A program made the position numbers and the translations under genes. Below the pieces are notes generated by a model. It had not been told where the DNA came from. It did no database searches and worked only from the letters and a program-made list of their open reading frames with translations. From an uncultured Thermoleophilia bacterium (GTDB taxonomy: Bacteria > Actinomycetota > Thermoleophilia > UBA2241), in contig CAVQSP010000005.1 in the NCBI GenBank assembly GCA_963715985.1, forward strand, positions 1 through 45,317: 45,317 nucleotides of DNA, in the 5' to 3' direction. Below, piece by piece: positions 37,951 through 45,317 of the stretch (the stretch's first letter is position 1; every line of letters begins with the position of its first letter).

Positions 37951-39026
37951 CGCTGCTTCCGATCGCCGTCCGGATGGGCCTGGTAGTAGTGGCGGGAGAT
38001 GATCCTGTACAGCTCGACAGGCATGGGGACGACGCCTCCGGGCCTTCCGTAGAAATGGATGTGTCCCTGGCCCGCCAGCGCCAGTCTCACGTCCTCCACC
38101 ATCTGGCCGGCGCTCATCTCAAAGACGAAGAAGTCGGTCACCGTCTTCGCCATCTCCTGGAGGGCCTTCGCAGGGAAGGGCCAGAGCGTGATGGGCCTGA
38201 TCATGCCCACCTTCTGGCCCTCCTCGCGCAGTCGCTTGATGGCGCCCTTTGCGATCCGCGCGCCGATGCCGTACGCGACCACGATCATGTCGGCGTCATC
38301 CACCAGATGGGTCTCGTAGCGGACTTCGTCCTGCTCGATGAGCCGGAACTTCCGCTGGAGCTTCCAGTTCTTCTCTTCCTGCAGCTTCACGTCGAAGATC
38401 AGGGAGTAGATCGACTGGGCCGGTCTGCCCTTGGCTCCCGTGAGGGCCCAGCTCTTGTCGTAGTCCGGCGGGCGCTGCAGGCCGTCGAAGTCGACCGGCT
38501 CCATCATCTGGCCCAGGATGCCGTCGCCGAGGATGATGACGGGATTGCGGTACTTGTCCGCCAGGTCGAAGGCCAGCGGTACGACCTCCGTCAGCTCCTG
38601 GACGGACGCGGGAGCGAGGACGATGGTCCTGTAGTCGCCGTGGCCGCCGCCGCGCGTCGCCTGGAAGTAGTCCGACTGGGCCCCGGCGATGCTGCCCATG
38701 CCGGGGCCGCCCCGCACCATGTTGACGATGACGGCGGGCAGCTCGTCGGCCACGAGATAGGAGATGCCCTCCTGCTTGAGGCTCATGCCCGGGCCGCTCG
38801 ACGACGTCATGGTGCGTGCTCCGGCCGCGGACGCCCCGAGCACCATGTTGATGGCGGCGATCTCGCTCTCCGACTGGATGAAGACCCCGCCGGCGCCCGG
38901 CATCCGCCTGGCCATGTACTCCGTGATCTCGTTCTGCGGGGTGATGGGATACCCGAAGTAGTGGGTGCATCCGGAGAGGACCGCTGCCTCACCCAGGGCG
39001 GCGTTCCCGCTCATGAGACGTCTCAC
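37947..39026 (-). CDS. vorB: 2-oxoacid:ferredoxin oxidoreductase alpha subunit (VorB-like)
   Basis: GN.A..EAA, GYPITPQ, QSESEIAA, TSSSGPG.SLKQE, RGGPG, QSDYFQ, RPITLWPFP; GTGA overlap with the ferredoxin. Confidence 0.93.
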
Positions 39027-39232
39027 GACTTGCTCACCTCGATGGCCACATCCGGGCACATGAGGGCGCAGCTGCGGCAGGCCGTACATTCCTTGTCGTC
39101 GTCGAAGGCGGCGACGAAGTACCCCTTGAGATTCAGTTCATCGGAGAGACGGATGCAGTCCTCCGGACAGAAGTCGATACAGAGGGCGCAGCCTTTGCAG
39201 CGCTCCCCGTCGATCTGGATGCTCCCTTTCAC
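39023..39232 (-). CDS. 2x[4Fe-4S] ferredoxin (delta subunit)
   Basis: CKGCALCIDFCP and CTACRSCALMCP. Confidence 0.95.
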   Translation of the reverse strand: MKGSIQIDGERCKGCALCIDFCPEDCIRLSDELNLKGYFVAAFDDDKECTACRSCALMCPDVAIEVSKS

Positions 39233-39401
39233 TGATGCGTCCCTCGCTCCTCGTTCGGTCTGTCTTGCGGGGACGACTGCCCATCAGCCGTCCGCCCATG
39301 GATCGGCTGCCTATGATAGCGCCTGGAGCCGCTCTCGGTTGGAATCCGGGGCGTGGAGCCAGGGAATCGCCACGCCCTGCTGAGCGTCGCGTTCCAGATG
39401 G

Positions 39402-39500
39402 CGCCGGCGCGGATGGCGAACACGGCGACGCCGAACGGCACGACACCGACGGCGACCGCGCCGGTGAACGCGTTTCGTTCCTGACCAGCCGTGACCGCGA
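39402..39500 (-). pseudogene. Degenerate copy of the 34752-34931 small membrane gene (direct repeat copy 2)
   Basis: ATG changed to ACG, -10 TAGAAT changed to CAGGCT; similarity is lost after the first TM segment. Confidence 0.75.
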
Positions 39501-39709
39501 GCCTGTCCGAGCCGTGGCCGGTGTGCTGCGGTACCAAGGGTCCAGCGCCGCAGGCGGGACGAGGCGCCATGCCCGGCCGCACTTCTCCCTTCAGGAACCA
39601 AGGGGGCAGGCCGACAGTGTTGAAGCAGACACGCACGCCTGTCACGCCGGGTCAGTTCTGTTCGCCCTGCGGCAGGTGCGTCCCCGGACCGACGGAGGTC
39701 GGCAGCCAC

Positions 39710-42138
39710 ATGACGGCATCGTTCACGGCGCGGTGCCCGCGCCTCTCGCGCACCCTCGCGATGGCCACGGTGGCCCTCGTGGTGCTGCTCGTCACCGCCT
39801 GGGTGACTCCCCGGGCGAGCGGCGCCGCGGCCGCGTGGCCGCGCAGCCCCTCAGTGAACCTCAAGACGCTGCGGGCGCCGGGCGGCTCGCTCACCGTCGC
39901 CGGGCCTGAGGGCCGAGACGCCGGCGCGCCCGTGACACTCGACGCCGGCGTACGCTTCTCCATGGCCGGCGTGGTCTGCGATGTGCCTTCTCCCGGCGCC
40001 GTCACCATCCGCTTGCGCGCAAGCGCGGACGGCGCGTCATGGGGTCCGTGGCTCACGGCCCCGCTCGAGGTCGTGGACGAACACGGCACTCCCCAGGCCT
40101 TCACCGATCCCATCTGGACCGGCGCGGCCCGCTACGTGCAGGTGCGGGCCGCCGGGAGTTCCCAGCGCGGACCGGCGCGCCTCACGGGAGTGCGGCTCGT
40201 CGCCATCGACCCGACCGGGGAGGCCGGGGCCGCCGCCCGCGTCACCGGCGTCCCCCGGCGCATCGCAGCTGCGGTGACCGACGTCGGCCTCACGGGCGGT
40301 GCCTCGGCGACGACCGCCGCACCCGCGATCGTCACTCGGGCGGAATGGGGGGCGGACGAGAGCCTGCGCTCCGGCTCCCCCTCCTACGCGCCGGTCGCTG
40401 TAGCGTTCGTCCATCACACCGCGAGCGGCAACGTCTACTCTCAGGCGGATGCGCCCGGGATCGTGCGCGCCGTCTACGCGTACCACACGAAGACGCTGGG
40501 CTGGGACGACGTCGGCTACAACTTCCTCATCGACCGCTTCGGCACCATCTACGAAGGGCGCTACGGCGGCGTCGCGCGCGGTGTGATCGGGGCGCAAGTC
40601 GGCGGCTTCAACACCGGGAGCACCGGCATCGCGGTCCTCGGCACATTCACGGACGAGGCGCCGCCCGCCGAAGCGGTGGCGGCGCTCGAGCGCTTGCTTG
40701 CCTGGAAGCTCGGCGTCCACGGGCTCGACCCGACGGGAAGCGCCACGCTCACCTGCGGCTTCACGGACAAGTACAAGAAGGGGGAGACGGTGACGTTCCC
40801 GGTCATCGCCGGTCACCGGCAAGCGAACCATACGGAGTGCCCCGGCGACGCCTTCTACGCACTGCTGCCGGCCATCCGCGCCGCCGTGGCCAAACGGATG
40901 GGGTCCGCCGTGGTCGCGACCCTGAGCGCCACTGCCCCGCTCATCAGCCCCAACGGCGACGGCGTCCTCGACGCCACAGAGCTGGACGTCAGCATCACCG
41001 CGCCCGCCGACTGGCGCCTCGCACTGAAGGACGCCCGCGGCCAGACCGTCGCTTCCTGGAGCGGTCAGGGGGCGACAGCCACCATCACCTGGAACGGGAC
41101 CTCGAACGGCGCGGACGTGCCCGACGGCGTCTACACCGCCCGACTCACGACCACCCCGGCCGGCGGAGACGCGACCGGCGCGACGGCGCAGATCACCGTG
41201 GACACGGCGGCGCCGCCACTCGCGAGCGCCGCCGCATCACCAGCTTCCTTCAGCCCCAACGGTGACGGCCAGACGGAGACGGCCTCCGTCTCGTACCGCC
41301 CCACCGAGGCCTGCGACATCCGCGTCGGCATCCTGGACGCCGGCGGCCGACGTCGTCCGCTGGCTTCACGGCTGGGACGCCCGGGAGTGCTCGCCCGTAC
41401 TCCGTCACCTGGGACGGCCGCGTCGCCTCCGGCGGCGGCCTCGTCGCCGCGCGCGACGGCCTCTACCGCTTCACGGTGGAGCGCCGTGACACAGCGGGTA
41501 ACGTCGCCCGGCAGGGCATCAAGGTCACCCTCGACAAGACCCTCGACTCCGCGGTCGCCGCCCCGGTCACGATCTCTCCGGACGGCAACGGCGTACATGA
41601 CTTCACCAAGCTCGGATTCACGCTGACGCGCAAGGCGGCCGTCACCGTGCGCGTCACGGTCGGCGATCAGGTCGTGCGCACCCTGAAGCTGGGCGACCTG
41701 GTCGCCGGCCGCCACTCGGCGACGTGGGATGGCCGGGCCGGCTCCGGCGAGTACCTCGCCAGCTGCCGGCCCGCGTTCACCGTCACGGCCATCTCGGCCA
41801 TCGGAAGAAGCAGCGTGGGAGAGGACCTGGTCGTCGACCTCTACCGCCCCAAGCTCTCTGCCACCGGCGGCACGCGTGCGGCCCCGGGAACAGCCGCGAA
41901 GCTCGGGTTCAAGGCGACGGACCCGTTCAGCGCGAGAGTGGACGTGAGCTACGTCGTCACCGACGCCAAAGGCCGCCGGGTCGCCTCGGGCCATCCCGGG
42001 TGGCAGCCGACGGGCGAATCGCTCAGCGTCACGTGGAAGCCGGCGTCACGCGGCGTCTTCACGGTGACCTATCGCGCCACCGACCTCGGCGGCAACCGCG
42101 AGGCGAGTCCCGCGCGCACCGTCGTCACCGTGCGCTGA
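39710..42138 (+). CDS. Secreted Amidase_2 + FlgD_Ig-like amidase, paralog 2; two apparent frameshifts (about 41347 and 41395)
   Basis: Colinear with 10163-12592: WGADESLR, FVHHTAS, GYNFLIDRFGTIYEGR, GHRQANHTECPG; the C-terminus continues through ORFs 41262-41489 and 41476-42138. Confidence 0.88.
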
Positions 42139-42181
42139 CAACGCCCCGGCGCGCCTCCCCCTGGTGGCTTGGGCAGGCGGT

Positions 42182-42590
42182 CTAGCCTGCGTCCTTCATC
42201 GCCTGGAGGAATGCCGGCGCGAGCGCTTCCTCGAGCCGCACAAAGCACGCCTCCAGATCCAGCTCGGTTCCTCTGGCCTCGTACTGGAACGCGAGACCGG
42301 TGATGGCGGCTTGCAGGACGGACATCAGCACGCGCGCTTCTGCGTCGTCCGGCCGCAGGTGCAGGGCTGCCATGTCCAGGGCGGCGCTGCGCCCGAACAC
42401 CTGGATCTTCTCGTCGTGGTAGGGCGTGCGCCAGAGAGCGAAGGCCAAGCGCCGGTGATCGCTGGTCGTGAACGGCGCGGCCGCAGGCCACGGAGAGACC
42501 GGGTGACACGCGGGCGGAAAGCGGCGGGCGTCGTCGCCGGCCTCATCGGCATCACAAGGGCAGGCGGCAAAGTCGTACCATGATCGCATC
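42182..42590 (-). other. Hypothetical ORF or possible stub of a TetR-like C-terminal helical domain
   Basis: Amphipathic helical C-terminal part (EARVLMSVLQAAITGLAFQY); N-terminal part does not look coding; no HTH seen. Confidence 0.35.
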
Positions 42591-42662
42591 GTTCCGGGAC
42601 CGCGCGACGGAAGACCTCTACTACGGCCGGCCGAGTGCGCGCGGCGATTCGAGGAGGTTCGC

Positions 42663-43163
42663 GTGATCGTCCGCCCAGAGACCGAGCGGGATCTCGATGG
42701 CATCCGCGAGGTCAACATCGTCGCCTTCCAGGGTCACCCCTACAGCCAGCAGACGGAGCATCTCATCGTCGAGGCATTGCGGGCGGCCGGCGCCCTGGAG
42801 CTGTCACTCGTCGCCGAGTCCGACGGCGAGGTGGTGGGCCATATCGCCTTCTCGGCCGCGGAGATCGGCGGCTCCTCGACGGGTTGGTTCCTGCTCGGGC
42901 CGGTGGCGGTCCAGCCGGCCCGACAAGGCGAGGGGATCGGACGCGCGCTGGTCGAGACCGGTCTCGATGCGCTGCGCTCTCGGGGAGCCCGCGGGTGTGT
43001 TCTGGTCGGCGATCCGGCCTTCTACGGCCGTTTCGGGTTCAGGCAGTATCCGGGCGTGGAGTGGCACGGCGTGCCGGACGAGAACGTGCTCTGCCTCCTG
43101 ATGTCCGGTGAGATGCCGACCGGCGAGGTGGCGTATCATCCCGCGTTTCTCGCCGGGACGTAG
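42663..43163 (+). CDS. GNAT N-acetyltransferase (YhbS-like)
   Basis: RBS GAGGAGG; IVRPE, EHLIVEALR, VVGHIAFS, LGPVAV..QGEGIG, GDPAFYGRFGF, YHPAF. Confidence 0.93.
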   Translation: MIVRPETERDLDGIREVNIVAFQGHPYSQQTEHLIVEALRAAGALELSLVAESDGEVVGHIAFSAAEIGGSSTGWFLLGPVAVQPARQGEGIGRALVETGLDALRSRGARGCVLVGDPAFYGRFGFRQYPGVEWHGVPDENVLCLLMSGEMPTGEVAYHPAFLAGT

Positions 43164-43274
43164 GCCGACCGCGATCCGGGTCACTGCCCGCGGCGTACCC
43201 GAAGGGCGACGGCAGGGAGACCCCAGACGCCGCGGAGGGTCGCCGCGGCGATCGCCCGCGGCCAACTTCGGTGT

Positions 43275-44267
43275 TCAGACGCGCTTGCCGACGCGGCTCG
43301 ATGTGCGCGCGTCCTCCAGCTGATCGAGCGTCGGAATGCCCGTGTTGCCGAGCTGAGAGACATTCAGTCCCGCAGACCAGGCGGCGATATCGACGCACTC
43401 GGCGGGCGACAGCCCCTTCGCCACGGCCCAGGCGTAGGCGCCGTGGAAGGTATCGCCGGCTCCGCAGGAATCCACCGCGGTGACCGGGACAGCGTCCCAT
43501 CGCTGCAGACACCCGGGCTCCTTCCCCGCTGTGAACACGCCGCCCCTCCGCCCCTGGGTCACCCCGAACACCACGCGGCAGGAGTCGCCCCAGAGCTCCA
43601 CGGCCGCCCTCTCTGCCGGGTATCCCGTCTCCTTCAGCACATACTTCTCGGGCGCTATCACGTGATCGACCCGGCCCAGCAATCCCCCTGTCCATGACCG
43701 CCCTGACCCGGTATCGATGACGGTCGTCACCCCCCTCCTCTCACACGCGTCGAGCGCCGCTACCGCCAGAGCCTCATCGGTCGAGTCCAGGAGGGCGACG
43801 TCGACGCCTTCAAGGAAGTCCGGCAGTCGCTCGATCATCCGCGCATCTGCCATTGGTTGTGGCAGCCAGACGATCGTCCGCGTCGCATCTCCCCGCGCAA
43901 GGATCACCGCCGAGTGCTGCGAGGGCCGGTCATAGGCGACCCATGTGCACTCCACACCCTCGGCAGCCAATCCCGCCATCAGGACCTGGGCATGCACGCC
44001 GGTCCCACACGCCGCCAGAAGCCTGGTCGCGCCCCCCAGTCTCGTCGCTGCTATCGCGCTCCGACCGGCCGGCCCCCCCACCACTGTCTGATGCTCGAGC
44101 GCGCGAGTCACTGAATCCGCATTGGGATAGTCGTCGAGGACGTAGAGGTAGTCCACCGTCGCCATCCCGATCATCGCGACCACCGGCGGGCGGCTCAGTC
44201 CGGGTCCAGCACCCACGGGGCCGCCTGCTCCGGGCTCGACATGATCGTGATCGCCTTCTTCGTGCAT
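43275..44267 (-). CDS. PfkB-family carbohydrate kinase
   Basis: GGPAG..A..RLG; VTQGRRG; VDSCGAGDTFHGAY. Confidence 0.92.
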   Translation of the reverse strand: MHEEGDHDHVEPGAGGPVGAGPGLSRPPVVAMIGMATVDYLYVLDDYPNADSVTRALEHQTVVGGPAGRSAIAATRLGGATRLLAACGTGVHAQVLMAGLAAEGVECTWVAYDRPSQHSAVILARGDATRTIVWLPQPMADARMIERLPDFLEGVDVALLDSTDEALAVAALDACERRGVTTVIDTGSGRSWTGGLLGRVDHVIAPEKYVLKETGYPAERAAVELWGDSCRVVFGVTQGRRGGVFTAGKEPGCLQRWDAVPVTAVDSCGAGDTFHGAYAWAVAKGLSPAECVDIAAWSAGLNVSQLGNTGIPTLDQLEDARTSSRVGKRV

Positions 44268-44387
44268 CCGATCTCCTCAACGATGGCGCGCGGTCGGGAC
44301 GCGGGCAGTTGCGGTGGTGCGGCAGGGCGACGCTCTCCCGACCGCGCGAGCGGCCCACGAGGGGGTCAAGCATAGCGCGAGAGACTC

Positions 44388-45230
44388 TCAGGTACGTCCG
44401 GCGCCGCGGGACTTGTCCCAGGCGAGAAAGGCCCAGCGGACGGTGATCTCGGGCTCCTGCCTCCACTCGCGCCGGTCATCGTCGCCGGTGGTCTCGACGA
44501 GATGCTCAGCCACGTAGCGCGCCAGCGCTCTCTCCTCGCGCTCGTCGGCCGGGGCGACGACGCGGCGCAGAGACTCCAGGGCGGCCTCCCGGCTCTCGTA
44601 CCGGCTGGCGCTCGCATGCTCGAGGGACCGGACCTCGGACTCGATCCCCATCTGACGGAGCACGTTCACCGCAGTCCTCTGGTCGCCGCGCTTCGTGTAC
44701 GGGCGGCCGACCGCCTCGTGCGCGAGGAGCTGCGGATAGAGCAGGCCGTCGGCCGGCAGGGTGATGCAGACGCGGCGGCGCGCGAGCGCATCGAGCTTCT
44801 GGAGCGCAGCGCGAAGGTCGCGCACATCCAGCGAGCGCGACGCGATCGCCACATCTGCGGCGCCGACCCCGGCCGCGCGCCAGTCGTCGTCCCAGCCGGC
44901 GTGGATCGTCTTCACGTTCCGCAGGCCATCCGCGGAGGCGCGTTGGCGGAGCACGTCCAGCATGCCCGCAGAGAAGTCCAGGGCGACCACGTCGTGGCCG
45001 GCTCGCGCCAGCGGCAGCGCGAGCGTGCCTGAGCCGCACCCCACATCGAGGACGCTCTCGCCCGGCCGTATGCGCATGCAGGCGATGAAGCCGGCGACGT
45101 ACGGCGAAGCCTCGTCCCCGCCGCGGAACTCCCGGGCGCGCCGGTCCCAGAACGCGGCGTCGTGGGCCACCTCACGCAGATCGCTGAGCCGCATCCACTC
45201 GGCGTTCCAGTCCATGTCTTCCTGTAGCAC
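44388..45230 (-). CDS. Class I SAM-dependent methyltransferase
   Basis: FWDRRAREF, VLDVGCGSG, LDFSAGML, DVAIASRS. Confidence 0.9.
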   Translation of the reverse strand: MLQEDMDWNAEWMRLSDLREVAHDAAFWDRRAREFRGGDEASPYVAGFIACMRIRPGESVLDVGCGSGTLALPLARAGHDVVALDFSAGMLDVLRQRASADGLRNVKTIHAGWDDDWRAAGVGAADVAIASRSLDVRDLRAALQKLDALARRRVCITLPADGLLYPQLLAHEAVGRPYTKRGDQRTAVNVLRQMGIESEVRSLEHASASRYESREAALESLRRVVAPADEREERALARYVAEHLVETTGDDDRREWRQEPEITVRWAFLAWDKSRGAGRT

Positions 45231-45317
45231 CCGCCCCCCTTGCCTCGCGGCCGCACGACCTTACGCGGAAGCGTACCCTCCACCCGGCGCGGAGGCGATG
45301 TCGAGCCGCGCCCATTC

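Noticed and set aside
39560-39700. Possible c-di-AMP (ydaO) riboswitch upstream of the amidase (GGAACCA..GGGG)
   Set aside because: The paired GCTGAATCC/GGTGAATC core elements are absent; a promoter-like reading fits better.
41340-41400. Programmed ribosomal frameshifting in amidase paralog 2
   Set aside because: No slippery heptamer, two shifts would be needed, and paralog 1 is uninterrupted; an error or mutation is simpler.

Overview
A very GC-rich (roughly 70% by eye), gene-dense chromosomal segment. It is probably from an anaerobic or facultative Actinomycetota-like bacterium; this is an inference from codon style, leaderless promoters, PGRP-type amidases and a 2-oxoacid:ferredoxin oxidoreductase operon. 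I saw no rRNA, tRNA, CRISPR array, transposase, integrase or phage genes. Main content: a MoxR-DUF58-DUF4129 operon; a PocR-PAS-HATPase sensor without HisKA; an OmpR/HK two-component system with DedA, a DUF4405-like protein and a secreted protein; MntP; two paralogous Amidase_2-FlgD_Ig amidases; a CMAS-like methyltransferase-fabF-fabI operon converging on an acyl-CoA ligase and thioesterase; a MarR/fasciclin divergon; a vor/kor operon with an ACT protein; and many small enzymes and orphan small proteins. Highlights the ORF track misses: (1) a peroxiredoxin-like selenoprotein (UPFC motif, in-frame TGA 33105-33103, SECIS-like hairpin) that the track splits into two ORFs; (2) three CiaR-like direct-repeat boxes, each exactly 11 bp from a -10 element, which define a local two-component regulon; (3) a possible second UGA-containing small ORF at 21999; (4) MarR-type operators and sigma28-like promoters; (5) repeated single-base frameshifts in short C/G runs, probably assembly errors, plus several internally deleted gene stubs. 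All family assignments come from motif recognition by eye, not database searches.
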